A stretch of 64,000 bases of DNA from Anolis carolinensis (taxonomy: Eukaryota), in assembly GCF_035594765.1 (NCBI RefSeq), contig NC_085841.1:150583574-150647573 (forward strand), read 5' to 3'. Position numbers and translations under genes: made by a program. The notes under the pieces were generated by a model. That model ran no database searches. It was not told the DNA's origin and worked only from the letters and a program-made list of their open reading frames with translations. Positions 27,287 through 41,698 of this stretch are shown piece after piece. The stretch's first letter is position 1, and each line of letters begins with the position of its first letter.

Positions 27287-29639
27287 GCTTAAGCACTCCA
27301 TCATATTGGGTGTATATCTCTTCTTTTGTTCAGTTCTTCAGGTTATCTTATCTCTGGACCTAGGGAAAGGGCATAGTTCTGTTTTAAGAATAACTACCTT
27401 TTGCTGCCCCAGAAACCACATGATGGTTCCAAGATCATTAAGAGAACTGGTTTGGTTCATAAAAGCACCATCTAGCAATAATGGATTCATAGATATGAAG
27501 TGCACAAACGTTGGCAAGTCAGTATACTTTCGTGACACATTCTTCTTTAGATTCTGTCTTTCAGATTCTATATCAACCTTCTTCATCTAAGATCCTCCAG
27601 ATTTGTTGGTCCACAACTTTGATACAGGAAGCTGATGGTACCAGGCTTTCAATGGCAGTGCTACCTAAACAAAGATAACTTTTAAAAAGTATTTTTGCAG
27701 TTTTGAAAGACCCAGAAGGAGCCAGTTTCAGCAAAAATCCACTCAGGGGGAATGAGTTACTCTGGTTTCCACCTATTTCAAAGTGTTTTGATTTCTAAGT
27801 TCCAGAAATTTTTTAGTCTTTAAAAACACTGGCCTAAAAAAGGGAAAAAGAAATCACAGCAGCTTCAGTGAACCTTCACTTGTAGTACTATTGGCTTTGG
27901 AAAGTTTCTTGCACCTTCTTGTCATTCCACGGGAGGAAAAATCATAACACATATACAAAGCTCATATTTTTCTTCTACACTTGCCAGATTTTCCCCTTGT
28001 CATGTTCCATATTATTATGTCCACTGCATTCATTTTTCCACTTTGGCTTATAGTTGTCTCTGTCTGGTCCCATCCTCTGGAATCATTGGCACGTATATGT
28101 TGCTGCTTAATTTTGACAAGTTCTTCTTCCATCTAGTGAGCTCTGACTGACAACAACATTCATGATCATGATTTGGAGGATGAAGGTATTTTCCATCTCT
28201 ACCCAAAGATTCTCATTGGTCAACCTACATCATCCAGAATGGAAATTATGTCTTCTTGAACTATGAGTCTTACCCACTCAACCTGAAAAATGGAAGAATC
28301 CCATGGAAGAATCCCATGTAGAACCATACTACCAAGACCAGCACCAAAATAATTATTTCCTTCGTTTCTACAGTGAATGATCCAGCATTACATGTCAATT
28401 CTGATGTCAATGTTCATCGTTTTTCCCTTTGTGGTATGTTGAAAAAAAATGTGTGCTGAGAGAATCTTTGGCAGCACATAATGTTCAGTCAAGAAAAGCT
28501 CAAAAACTGAATTTCCATGACTTATTTCAGAAGTTTATTTCAAACTGACTCTCTCCCAGTCCCTGTAACCTGGACCATTGTTCCACCCCACTTCTACTCC
28601 CATTCCACTAGCAAAAATTGTGTGATAAGAGGTGTTTATCACTTCTTGGGTGATAAAACCCTGTTGGGGATTCACAATCCATAGTGGAGGTTTTCTACCT
28701 TATCCTGAATTTCCCCTTCAGAATTCAAAGAGGTCCTAATCACAGCTGAAAAGAACTGATCTGGGGGAAGTTACCATTTGACTGATCACGTTCCTGGACT
28801 TGGATCAGGAACTCGGTTTTATTTATTACTCTGCTAAAAAGATGACAGAACCCGAAGAGATAACTTGTCTTTTCCATCCACTCCTGACATGTATGAACTA
28901 TAGAGAAGTCATTCCCACTTACAGATTTCCTGCTGTAATGTTTTATTTAAAAAAAACAGAACACAGATAGGTGTGTTTTCCTATCTTTTCTTGACACCTC
29001 TGAAATTTGTAGCTCTTGTTTCCTTTCCTGGAGCTATATATAAAAGATTCAGCCCACGGTTTTAGAGTCCAATACCACTCCTAGATGCTTGGCATACTTT
29101 CTTGAAGGCAGCAGTATCTATTTGCCCTCCCCACTATTATTAAATGCTTTTAACCACAGGTATGATAGTGTTGTCATTCATAGTTCCTACAAGTAGATAA
29201 AACTAAAAAGTGAAGTATAAAGAGTAGCTATCTGGGATTCCCCCAGCACTGCATTCACTCTCCCTACATGTTTCTATTATTCAATTCATTTGTTTGAGGA
29301 GGAGGGTTTTTCAAGCCAACAGCCATGGCTGTTGAATATCCCTTACTCATACTCATGATAGACTGTTTGGGGCATCCCCACATAAAGAAATCTTTGATTC
29401 AACTGAATTTTTGTGGTATTATGTACATTTTGTTCCTTTATACACCTTCTGCAACTTGCTTCTTTTTGAAAAGACAAGTATCAGTTGGGCTACAGAAATA
29501 AGAGCACTCATTAGCTAAATACATGAAACAGAACAATAACAGTTTTAGTCATAATTGTCTTGTGGGACAAGCTGTGAACTGACAAGATGCTCTGGAAGCC
29601 TGAATGAGATGTGGGAGAATATTTCCTTGTATGAGCAAC

Positions 29640-29800
29640 TTGAGTCCTGAGTTCCTCAAGAGAAGCCCTCCCCTCGGCCCCACCACCATTGTAAGCAAGG
29701 TTGATGGGAACGCAAGAGAGGGCCTTATTGGTGGCTACCCCTAGACTCTGGAGCTTCCATCAATAGACAAAAATATTTTTGTTTCAACAGGCTTTTAATG
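29640..29800 (+). mobile_element. L2 3' fragment
   Basis: gagagggccttattggtggctacccctagactctggagc (RAF..A.PRLW motif). Confidence 0.5.
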
Positions 29801-32329
29801 CAGAACATTTTTGAAGAATGGGCTAAAAAGTGGTGTATTCTCAACTGGTTTTGAGTTTAAATTATTTTTAATGCATTTTATCAAGGAGAGTGCTGAACTA
29901 TTTTAATACTGTGATTACCTCATGTTCAAGTCTAGAAATTTTAGTTAAAAACCCAACCCCCAAATTTGGGTCAACTTCTTCATGGTTCAGAGAGAGTACT
30001 AGATCTTATTAAGAAAGGAACCGTTGCCTTCTCTGAACAGAGTGGCAAAAGTCAAGAGCTTAGTCTATCTTGGCAGAACCTGGAAGAAGCACTGACCACC
30101 TCTGTTCTCTCCACCTCTGATCTTGGTGCTTTCCTCTCTCTTTGGAATGACCCTCAACTTATCCACAGGTCATATCAAAATCCATAATTTTGATCCTCAT
30201 TCACCCAACTTATACATGAGGTAGACTTATACATGAGTGTATGAGGTAGTTTAATTCTATTTTAATTTTAATTTTTGTATCTTTTTAAAACATAGGTTGT
30301 TCTTTTTAAACTGTACACTGTCCTAAGTCCCAATTTTGGAAAAAGGGCAGAATACTAATGACTGTTGTTGTTATTTTAAAAATCAGCACCAAAATGAATG
30401 ACCATTCTAAGATGATCTTCCTTGGAAGAACATTCCACATGTGAGGCCACTGCTGAGATGGCTCAGTAGCCAACTCTTCCACCACTGTTGCTAGTGACAT
30501 CCGGAAAATAGTCTTTGAGTATGACGTTAATAATCAGGCAGGAAGACAGAGCTGCAGGTACTCCTTCACGTAGACTAGTCCTAAACCACTTAGTTCCTTA
30601 ATATAGGTGTATGGAAATTTATCAGCAAAAAATAAATTAATATTGGAAGAGCCATGGACCCAATCCAGCCAATAGGACCAGTTTCATCATCCCTATATCA
30701 GATGACATCACCAACAATTGCAAACTGATTGATTACCAGTTCAGCTGAAGCAAAGTGGGGTGTATGGGGAAGCAAATCATGAGCTCATGAATGTTTTCCC
30801 TGTCCAACTTTTAAAGTTAATTATGATGTTCAATTATGAGGTTAGGTTTTGGCTGTTGCAGGGAATTTGAATGGATGCATGTACACTTTTCCAAACCCCC
30901 CACCTCCATGGCCTACATTTCCAGTTTCCAATAAAAGAAGAAATGACTGGAGGAAACTGTGAACCTAAGGTGTAATACCATAGAAAAACTCAGAGTTCAA
31001 ACTTCAGCTAAGAGACAAAAAATGTATCAGTGCCAGTTAATCGAGTCAGCCTTCAAGTAGCCCTATCATTTAATTAATATAGTCCACAAAATCCCCCTGC
31101 TAGCATCTCAGATTTTGATAGCTTGAAAACAGAAAACAGGACGGGGGGCTGATAGTGCCTTGCCTTCCACTAGTATGTGGTCTGGAGCATAAAGTTTCTA
31201 CCCTCATCTGTTTCACAGAATGTCACTAAAGCAAGCAGATGTACTCTGATCAAATAAATTACTATATAGAGATGTCTCTATAAAAATCTAATCTCCACCT
31301 TCCAAAAGAACTGACAGACATGCAGCTATCTCATTCTGGTAGCCTTCAGAACTTCCCCAGATGAGATAAGTGTCAAGAGAAATAGAAAGAAATTGAGATT
31401 ATGACCATATGTGAGTTCACTGATCAAGTACAGAAAGCAGAGAATTTTGATATTTAAACAGAGATACTATGGCAGCATTTCCAAAAGCGGTGGTCATGTT
31501 AATCTATTGCAGCAAAGCTGTATTTCTCTTATCAAATTCACAGAGTACGATCCAGGCTGTTAGGAATTACATGATACATGTGGTTATGAGCAGATCATGG
31601 TGAGGTCAGAAAGAAATATGGCACCCTACCTCCATTTATGTTCAGTTTGGAAACATCACTTGTACTCTTCAAACTTCTTATCAAATTCCAGTGAAGTACA
31701 AATGCCAATTTATACATGGAACACATACTTACCTCCACAAGCATACACATTAACAAGTGGAATTGCAGATGATGTCAGAGAAAAATAAATGTAAGAAGTA
31801 AAACTAACATTTTTAATGGCCATTCACAAAACTGTTGCTGATAATGCACACGTGAACAATTTGGTAGCCAAGAAACTTCAAAGGAAGATTACAGTAAGAG
31901 AAGAAGAGAGTGTCAAGTTACAAATCATCAAGATATATCAGTCTATTCCCAGATGTCTGAATTAGGATACTGGGTTCTTGACTTGTCTAGTATCAGGATT
32001 TCTATTTCATCAGCAACAAGGAGCTCTACAATTGCACAAGATTAATGGTATGATTGTCTCCATCAGCCTTGTCACACTACACAACAACTGTGTTATTATT
32101 TTACTTGGAATGCCATGGTTCCATTCTGGGCTTACAGTTTAGGGAGGGGGTTTTCTATTTTTCATCAAATGCTTCACCAAACTACAAACCTTAGGATTCC
32201 ATATATTGTCACCATGTCAATTAAAATGGAATCATGGTGTTATAATTCTACAGTGTGAAAAAAGGGGGGGAAAGAGACTGTGGTTTGAAAAAACGTGAAC
32301 ACATTCCTATGCACACTGCATATGCCTAA

Positions 32330-32470
32330 AGGCCCTTCTACACTGCCATATAATCCAGAATACTGAGGCAATAATCTACATTATCTTCTTTGAACTGGAC
32401 AATCTGAGTCTACACTGTCAGATATTCCAGTTAAAAGCAGATAATCTCTTACAGCTGTGTAAAAGGGGCC
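32330..32470. mobile_element. Palindromic Harbinger-type MITE
   Basis: aggcccttctacac...aaaaggggcc; TNA flanks. Confidence 0.65.
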
Positions 32471-32661
32471 TTATTTGTATTGCAAGAAATGAAAGAACAA
32501 AACAATATATAAAATGAAGGACAATTTTAATCCACCTAAATGTATCAGTTTTTCAATGGGAAGTGTGGGCCTGCTTTTGGTTGATGAGAGAGTAAAGTTA
32601 ATTAGGATTGTTGTTGTTAGCCTTCAAGTCACTTCAGACAGTGGCATATGCTGCCCCGGAG

Positions 32662-32735
32662 TCTGGTGGAGTCTCCTTCTCTGGAGGTTTTTCAGCAGAG
32701 GTGGCATGGCCATCTATCTGGAGGGCTTTGATTGT
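32662..32735 (+). mobile_element. CR1 LINE 3' fragment
   Basis: gtggagtctccttctctggaggtttttcagcagagg...gccatct. Confidence 0.55.
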
Positions 32736-33989
32736 GGCAGGTGCGGTTATAGTTGCCACTTGTATCTCCTTTTTCTTCCCAAGGAAGGAGCTGCAGTGAA
32801 GGGCAGTCTTTTTGGAAAACTGGGCATAGGACGAAGGCGGGTCAGAGAAGGGAGGGAGGGAGGAAACCAGTCAGGCTCTCAGTCTCGAGAGCCCACCCGT
32901 CCTACGGTGGCAACAGTAAGCTCCTAGGACAAACAGGGCAACTGGGGAGCCTTCCTTTACAAAGAAATAAAGAAAAAGTTGGAAGAGGAGAACGAGACAA
33001 GGGGCCACTGGGATGGGATTACCAAGGCTGGAGCCACCTGAGAAGGCAATGCTTAATCGGGGTGAAGGGAGGAACACACCTTTTCCGAGGCACTGACCTC
33101 CAAGATGGAAGGAAGGGAAGGAGGAAGGAAGTCAAGGAAAGGAGGGAAGAAGGAAAGGGGGGAGGGGGAAGGAGGGAGGAAGGGAGGGAGGAAGAGAAGA
33201 AAGAGAAGGGAAGGGAGGGTCGGTCTGGAAAGAGAGGGCTGGTGGAAATTTGAACAGGGGGCACAATTGGCTCCCGAGACGGACTTTGAACATGCCTGGT
33301 TTATGGCATGTGTGCGTGTATGTGCATATGTATGTGAGTGTGTCTGTGTGTGTCTGTGTATGTGTGTGAGTATATATCCTGCCCTGCTGCTCTCTAGAGA
33401 CTAATGCTGAGCTGAGGGCTTGCTCTATCCCCAACAGTTTCAAGAATACCCTACAGTATTTGACTGTAAACTGCAGGCCCTGATTCTAAAAGATTCTCTT
33501 GGCACAGCAATGGAGGCAGTAGACATGAAGCAATAACAATTTAGCCAGTTGCTGGATGGTAGGTAAGCCTTCCATAGGGACAAAATAAACTTGCTTGGAG
33601 AACAAGTCAATGACAGTCCATATAGTGTTGTAACCTTTGCTGTCCAGCAATTCTACTGTGAAGGGTGAGGGATATGAGGTGGTGAGAGGGAAAGCAACTT
33701 TCAGATGGAACTTTATGCCCTGCCCTGCAGCTCTCTAGAGACAAAATTACCTCACAGGCAGATTAGAAAACTTTTCTTTCTCAAAGCATGCAGTACGGTT
33801 ACAAAGCAAAGTTCCATCTGAAAGTTATTTTCCCTCACCCTGGCTCTCCCCTTCACCATGCCTGCCCCATTTCTATTTTTCTATTGAGACCCTCTGTCCT
33901 GGTCAGCTCTCCCTTGCCTTAGGTATGCTACTGGCCAAGGCATGATCTACTTTCATGCTTTCCCACAACACTAGGAAAGGAGGTCATGA

Positions 33990-33993
<4 letters not shown>

Positions 33994-34081
<88 letters not shown>
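33994..34081. repeat. (TA)n(GA)n microsatellite
   Basis: Direct reading. Confidence 0.95.
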
Positions 34082-34083
<2 letters not shown>

Positions 34084-34127
34084 GTCTCTATCTCATACCT
34101 CTCAAAATTGATAAAGTAAGGAGCTAC

Positions 34128-34437
34128 AGGTAAAGGTAAAGTCCAGTCATGTCTGACTCTGGGGGTTGGTGCTCATCTCCATTTCTAAGCCGAAGAGCCG
34201 GCATTGTCCGTAGACACCTCCAAAGTCATGTGGCCAGCATGACTGCATGGAGCGCCGTTACCTTCCCGCCAGAGCAGTACCTATTGATCTACTCACATTG
34301 GCATGTTTTCGAACTGCTAGGTTGGCAGAAGCTGGAGCAACAGCGGGTGCTCACTCTTCTCCTGGGATTTGAACCTGGGACCTTTCGGTCTGCAAGTTCA
34401 GCAGCTCAGTGCTTTAACACACTTCGCCACCAGGGCT
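34128..34437 (-). mobile_element. Sauria SINE
   Basis: (ACCTTT)n tail, BovB-like 3' end, tRNA-like head. Confidence 0.85.
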
Positions 34438-37400
34438 ATAGGTTTAATAAAACATGCTATAATCAATTTTTGAGGTGCCTTGGTACCATTTGCTGGGCAA
34501 ACATATGCAGGATCGATCTATAAATAATTCATTTACTTTGTGCCAGAATTAGATTGCAGCATTGTATACCTATAGTCTGGGACTTCTTTCTGAGACATCT
34601 GGACAGAATCAAAAATGGCTGTTAGTCAAATGGTTATATATTACTGTCCATATCAATGGCCCCATCTATACTTTCGTATCATGCAGTTTAAAACTGCCAT
34701 ATAATAGTTTGACGGCATTGAACTGCATTGTATGAGTCTACACGGACCATATAACACACTTTCAAACTGCATTATATAGTAGTGTAGATGGAGACAGGGA
34801 CAAGTGTGCTCCTATTACTTATATGATAATGTGAGATGGATGAAGGGTGTGGATGTACTCATAACCTTTTAGCAGACTTCCCACCTGAGCAACTGTTTGA
34901 CCACTGTGTAAGCAGAATCTGTATCTGATTGCTCTTCTTGTTTCTAAACATGTGTTGGATTGCACTGCTGTTGAACATTTTTGTTTTCAAGGCAGGTTCT
35001 ATATAATGGTACAATGGCATGATTAAGGGGTGCAAACACCATCAAAAGGGATAAAACAAAAGACTGTCCATCAAAATTTTCTGCAGTGTTTCAGTAAAAA
35101 CTTACTGTTTTTCAAAATATTCCTATAGATATAATCACAAAAACATTTCTTATAAACCCAGCTAACACGTACTGCAACTCTTATGTTCTTTTACTCTTTG
35201 AATCTTCAAATGTGCGTAAACTCTGGTCTGAGCTGTTCTTGTTACCCATTTACAATGGCACTTCAAATCACATGGTTTCATCTGTGTGTACTGTTTTGTT
35301 CATTGATGCCAGGAGTTTTTTTATAGTCACTGATTTTGTTAAATTTTCTGGTATTTTAACCACAATGCTGTGGCATGGTTTGGTAGTGAGGTCAAAGGGG
35401 GTGACATTGTACACTTGGTGGAAAGCAGGTGTACCAACTCCCCTCCTCAGATTTGGTAAACATCCCATTGTCACTTCAGTCTTTGATTGGCCTCCACACA
35501 ATCACACTGAAGTCCAAAAGAGAGATTGTGTATTAGACTCATTTTCACATTACCATCTATTTTTATATTATGTTAATGCTCAAAAAGCCCTACCAGCTTA
35601 AAGCTAAAAAAAAACCCAGTCCCTTCCTTGTTCCTCTTTTCAGCTTTGAAAAAGAAGCAAGAGTTGCATACATTTTTGGAAAATACAATTTTTCACTTAT
35701 CCCATCTGTAAGATTAAATATTGTCTACATTCTTTAGTATATGTAAGTGCATATATACTTACACATCCTTTGATTCAATGTAATGTCAAATGATAACTAT
35801 TAATTGCATGACAGCTCTACACTACAAAAAAACCCTCTGCTGCAGTGGCACCTGAAAAGTTTTCATTGTTCTGTTTTGTTTTCTCAATTCCCGAAAGGTG
35901 GTAGGACAGACTGGAACACTTGAGGTTGTAGGTCAGGGTGGGAAGCTATAGCCCTTCAGGTTTTATGGGATTGCAGTTCCCATCATCCTTTGGCTTTGAT
36001 GGCTCAGATCGATTGATATTGTCGTCCAGATACACCTGAAGAGCTATACTTGCCTATCCCTGTTATAAACCATGGTGTAGATGTTTGACATTTTACATTT
36101 CAACACTGACCTGCTCTCCACTTGCCTCTCTGGATTTGAGTGTGGACCAGAATCTAGTTCTTCAGATTTTAAACTTCATCTCCATTTTATCGGAATCCAA
36201 TTTAACCCTAGCTTGGGTGGAGGGGAGGTGTCTTAGAAAAGACAGGCTTTTAGTCTGACCTAGCACAGTTCACTGTGTTGTGTTATGGCATAGATCAACT
36301 TTCCACGGCCTAGTGTGCCTCCAGGTGTGGACTGTTGTATATTTTATTATTTAAGAATTAAATCTGCTCCTTTGGAGCCTTTCAAAACTGCTCATACGTA
36401 TCCAAGGAAGCTTACAATATAAGGTATCATGTTAGAAAAGCACCTTAAATGTAAACAAACTATTAAAAGACAGTGGAAAGAGGATAAAATTTCAAATACC
36501 GAGCAGCAGCAAATACCACTAAAGTAAAATACCAGTGTAAAGCCAGAAAAATCAGGCATGCTGTTAAAGCCCTTTCAAAAGCGATCAGAAATGAGCCCTT
36601 TATCTCTTGAAGGTGAATTTTGTAGGACAGAGGCCTTTTCACAAGTTTTGGAGATGTTATTTCAGGGGAGTATTTTCCCAGAATCTCTCAGCCAGCATGG
36701 GGGCCTATGGAGGTTATAGTCCTTAAAAGGAACTTTTCCAAGCTCTATACCTTTTTTCTAGCTTGTCAGTCTAAGTGGCCAATGAATAAATACAGCATGA
36801 CTTGAGGGCCCTTAAAGATTATCTTAAATAACCATGTTGGTTGCAGTTTGCTGGTATCTATCTAATGTACAAAGCAGGCACAAGAGTGAATAAAGGTAGC
36901 ACAGATAAACCATAATGTGTTTAGATCCAACGACAGTCAGGTTGTGGAAGGAAGTTCCATGATCAAAATCCTGAGAGAAATGAAAACTACAATCCAAAAA
37001 TAATTTTGCTCATATTCTTTTGTGCCTTGACGTCTACAGCATTCTGTTGACGTCTATGCGTGACAATCCCTCACATGAAGAATGATTGATTACAGATAAC
37101 ACATGTGTGCCACTGGTTTTGATTACTCTATTCCAGAATAAGACCTAATTTGGAAGAACTAAAAAGGTAAATCAGCTTCTTGCTGGATTTAAGAACATTT
37201 GTAGCCTAATTTTTGACTACTAGATAAATGATAAAAGAACAGCCTCTGATTTATAGATGGCAATCCAAATGCTAATATGGTTTGGGATGTGTATTATGTT
37301 TTATGGAGAAATCACCACTCCATTTTTTTTCCTTTCACCAAGACTTCCAAGTAAAGGAAATATGGGGAAATATTGGTTCTGCAGATGTTCTGAATTCCCA

Positions 37401-37456
37401 TAATTCTTTGGCATTGCTCATCCCAGGTTGGACTTCTGGAAACTGAAGTCTAAAAC

Positions 37457-37860
37457 TAGGTTGCTGTGAGTTTTCTGGGATGTCTGGCAATGTTCCAGAA
37501 GCATTATCTCCTGCTGTTTCTCCCACATCTATGGCAAGCATCCTCAGAGGTTGTGAGGTCTGTTGGAAACTAGGCAAATGGGGTCTATATATCTGTGGAA
37601 TGTCCAGATGGGAGAAAGAACTCTTGTTAGCTGGCCAGCTAGCACCTCCCAACAAAGGATTCCTCTGGCAAGAAGCAGCCAAGCTTTGAAGCTTCAATGT
37701 CATTCATTGCTAATCAAGCTGGCCAAATGCAACATTCACAAATGCCTCAAACAGACAAGAGTTCTTTTTCCCACCCTGGACATCCCACAGATATATAAAC
37801 AGACCTCACAACCTCTGAGGACGCCAGTGGTTCCAGCAATGAAAGCCTTTGACAACACAT
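37457..37860. mobile_element. Penelope-like remnant (inverted structure)
   Basis: Same family; flanking tgaagtct repeats at ~37444 and 37861. Confidence 0.8.
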
Positions 37861-38435
37861 TGAAGTCTGAGACATATGGATAACCAAAGGCTCACCCACC
37901 CCTGAAATACAAAATTATAATTTCATGCAAATCCAATGGATAACAGTCATGTCGTCCTCCAGATATTGTTGGATGGTGATTCCTACCATTTACACAGCTG
38001 GCTAAGACTGCTGGTGGTTACAATTCAACCAACATCCAGAGGGGCACACTGTTCCTTCCCATCATTCCTCTACCTAGTCATCTAGTCCTCAATAAAGTCC
38101 ATGGAACTTACCTCTGAATACACGTGTATAGTTTCAAATTCATTTTAGGGGTTTATTAAAAAAATGTACATCCCAAATCTCAATTATTAACTGTAGAGCT
38201 TGGATTACAAATCCCAACCTAGCCCAGTTAGTGTGGCTGCATGATAGCAATGGATTCTGCAAGCTCTCATCAAAGAAAAAATCTACTTTCCCAAGTTCTG
38301 ATGGACAGATTCATTTTCCAGAAAACAATAGCAGCCAAGAGCATTGTACAATCATAGAAGAATTGGCTTTTGTTAAACATGTTTAACCTAGAGAATAAAA
38401 TGTCACTTGACAGCAGCTTGCCTGTAAAATACCAA

Positions 38436-38441
38436 TTTATT
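38436..38441 (-). promoter_or_regulatory. Polyadenylation signal AATAAA (adjacent ATTAAA 38449-38444)
   Basis: Minus strand reads gtATTAAAaaAATAAAttggtattttacagg, about 1 kb after the stop. Confidence 0.7.
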
Positions 38442-38504
38442 TTTTTAATACTTAAAAAAACCCAAATAAATCCAGTGATAAATGTTCATTATCAAGAATC
38501 AGCA

Positions 38505-38512
38505 TAAAGTGC
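38505..38512 (-). promoter_or_regulatory. miR-17/20/93/106 family 8-mer seed match in the OSR1 3'UTR
   Basis: mRNA-sense GCACTTTA in AU-rich context ~65 nt before the poly(A) signal. Confidence 0.5.
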
Positions 38513-39417
38513 CAAATAGCAATAATCTTAACCAAAAACATATTGGAATGTCTCATATTTTTACACTGTTTCCCCCCCAAAAAAAAAATGACTTTAGATA
38601 AAGCTCTCAGGATGAGATTTGTCAACCCCACCTCCACAAATCCATTCGCTCCTCACCCGGACTCATGCTATGAACTAAAAGTACCACTCAGCTCCACCAC
38701 CCCACTGTGTGCAGCAGTCTCTTGGATTTTGGATGGCTATTGCTTTTGCTTTGTTTAAAGATATCCACAAATTGCAAACCACTTCCCAAGGCACTAGAGC
38801 AGAAACACATACGCAAAGCTCCCCAGCACCACTGCCCAGAATATGTGGCAGAGGAGACCAAATAATCAGAGAGTGTGTTCAATGCTGTAATGGGGGCAGC
38901 AGGATCCCCGTTGGGTGACACTTTATGGGACCATTTTGACGAATGCCTCTTGTTTTCAAACTCAGTTTATCAGTGGTTTTCCTTCCCATCACAACAGCAA
39001 TGCCTGAAAATCTGGAGCAAGTTACTGTTATGATTTCCTCTTCTGAAGCAGCTGAATTTTACTGTCTTCAAACAGTCAGACGCAAGCACACACACAAAGA
39101 AAAATGTATTTAAAAACAACAAAAAAAGCAAAAGCTTCAGGAAGCTACTTTCGGTGTTGTTTCGCCTCTGAACGTGAAGATTCCTCTTCAAAGCTTGAGC
39201 ACCACCTTTTGACGGGTCATGCAAGAGTTGCACTCTGAAGCACCCAGGTTTCAAAAAAAGGCTGTGTTTGCATGTAAAAAGGGCTTGTGGCATTCATTTT
39301 CCTTTCCTTTAAAGATATTTAAATTAATCATGGTTAGTGCTCCCTGTTGTCTATGTCAAGAATTTGATCAAAAATATAGAATTTGGAGGAAGGTTAAGTT
39401 CATGGGGATGAGAAACT

Positions 39418-39717
<300 letters not shown>

Positions 39718-41050
39718 TTAGCCCTCCTCCACCATCATTAGATTTGTTCCTCAGGATTTCATAAGATGTACTACGCAGATCTCAGGATTTCAAAAGATGC
39801 ATTAAAAGTAGATTGATAGCACTATGTTCCTGCAGTATGAAATAATCCCTAGATATTTGACTCTGAGTCAGTGTATACCCCTGCTTCAACAGATGCAAGT
39901 GTACTATAGAATTAGTGCAATTTGACATCTCTTTAACTGCCATGGATCATGGAATCCAGAGATTTCTGGTTTGGGAAGGCACCAACACACTTTGGCAAAG
40001 AATACTAAAATATTTCTAAACCAACAACTCACGTAATTCCACAGCATTTAGTTAAAGTAGTGTCAAACTGCAACAATTCTACTGTGCAGGTACACCCAGA
40101 GAATTTCATTCCACACAAATTGTCCCATTCATTCAAAAATACAGCCCTCTTCTATGTTGTACATATGGAAATGCTGCCTCCATTGAACACAACAAATCAC
40201 GTACAATCAGAATGTCGATTCCTCAAAAAAATCGTTGGATTAGAATGCATATCTTACACAGCAACATGTATGCACATCCCATTGTTTTTAATAGACTCAG
40301 AATACATGTCCTTAAGCAAAATGAATCATATTGCTTTCAGTGGTGTTTAACCTCAGGAAAATATGCCTAGGAAGAATTCCAAAAAACACATAACTGGAGG
40401 ATAATTTATGTTCCTGAGTTCAATTGCATAATGCACATGTTGGGCCTTTTCGCATCACACCATTATAGCACTATGAGTCTACTTAACTGGCAAGTCTCCA
40501 TACTTTGGAATCCTAGGCTTGTAGTTTGGTGGGTCACTGACTGAGAATTCTCTGACTGAGAATTCAAAGTACCAATCCCTAAATTACAAATGCCAGAACC
40601 CCTATGGTATTGCCATGGTAGTTAATGTGTCTATAATGGTATGCTGTGAAAGGACTCATTGATTCTCAGGCTGCCTAGTATGAAGTCCAAAGAAAGTAAA
40701 CAAGGGTAATTCTCTGATATCTCCTGAATTGCTCACATTTAACTAAAACTAATTACTGAGAGGTTTTTTAAACATTATCAATGCAGCAATGTCAAGGTGA
40801 AAACTTCTTGTAGTTGTAACTGCATTCCTCCTTCCAAAAGCTTAGATCTATATGCAGGGCCAGCCCAGGATAATGTGCTGCCTGAGGCAAAACAGCAAAT
40901 CACACCTCTCTCTCTTTTATCCAAATAAAGCTGAATAGTATCCAAAGCCAGTCAATTTTTGACACTTAAGACAGAAAATCTCCACATGTTTGCCAGTAAC
41001 AATGCAGTTACAATAGAGTTAATAACTAAACATTTCATGACAAACAAATC

Positions 41051-41698
41051 CCATCTACACTGCCATATAAAATCCAAATTATTGCTTTGAACTGAATTCT
41101 ATAGCAGTGTAAGGTAAAGGTAAAAGTTTCCCCTTGACATTAAGTCTAGTCATGTCCGACTCTGGGGGTTGGTGCTCATCTCCATTTCTAAACCAAAGAG
41201 GGGCTGTTGTCCAAAGACATCTCCAAGGTCATGTAGCCAGCATGACTTCATGGAGCACTGTTACCTTCCCACCAGAGCGGTACCTATTGATCTACTCACA
41301 TTTGAATGTTTTCAAACTGCTAGGTTGGCAGAAGCTGGGGCTAACAGTGGGAGCTCACCCCGTTCCTCAGATTCTAACCGCCAACCTTTCAGTAAGCAAG
41401 TTCAGCAGATCAGTGGTTTAACCCGCTGCGCCAGCAGGGGGCCCTTATATGGCAGTGTAGACTCAGATAATCCTGATTATATGTCTGTGCATTGGTCCCT
41501 TCTACACTGCCATATAAAATCCAGATTATCTGCTTTGAAATGGATTATATGGCAGTGTAGATTCATATAATCCAGTTTGAAGAAGATAATGTGGATTATC
41601 TGATTTGATAACATGGATTATATGGCAGTGTAGAATTACATATAATCCAGCTCAAAGCAGATCATCTGAATTTTTTAATCACAGTGTAGATGGGGCCT
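41051..41698. mobile_element. Harbinger-type MITE array in OSR1 intron 2
   Basis: Several ctacactgccatataaaatccagattatctgctttgaa units. Confidence 0.65.
41112..41445 (-). mobile_element. Sauria SINE nested in a palindromic MITE (OSR1 intron 2)
   Basis: Full-length copy; tatagcagtgta / tatggcagtgta duplication of host sequence. Confidence 0.85.

Larger units (their letters stand above)
38415..39417 (-). other. OSR1: OSR1 3'UTR (approx. 1 kb)
   Basis: TE-free, U-rich stretch from the stop codon to the AATAAA signal; 3' end estimated. Confidence 0.7.

Noticed and set aside
27306-28300. Possible coding relic (ORF 27338..27586 and neighbours)
   Set aside because: No recognisable domain or exon structure; would need BLASTx.
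32514-33443. Overlapping 100-166 aa ORFs
   Set aside because: Derived from a CR1 fragment, purine tract and (TG)n; no protein similarity.
1381-37860. Active hammerheads in downstream Penelope copies (1381, 20505, 37457)
   Set aside because: Core or cleavage-triplet mutations (GUGAGGA, CUGAGAA, GAAACAUC, GAAACAGC).
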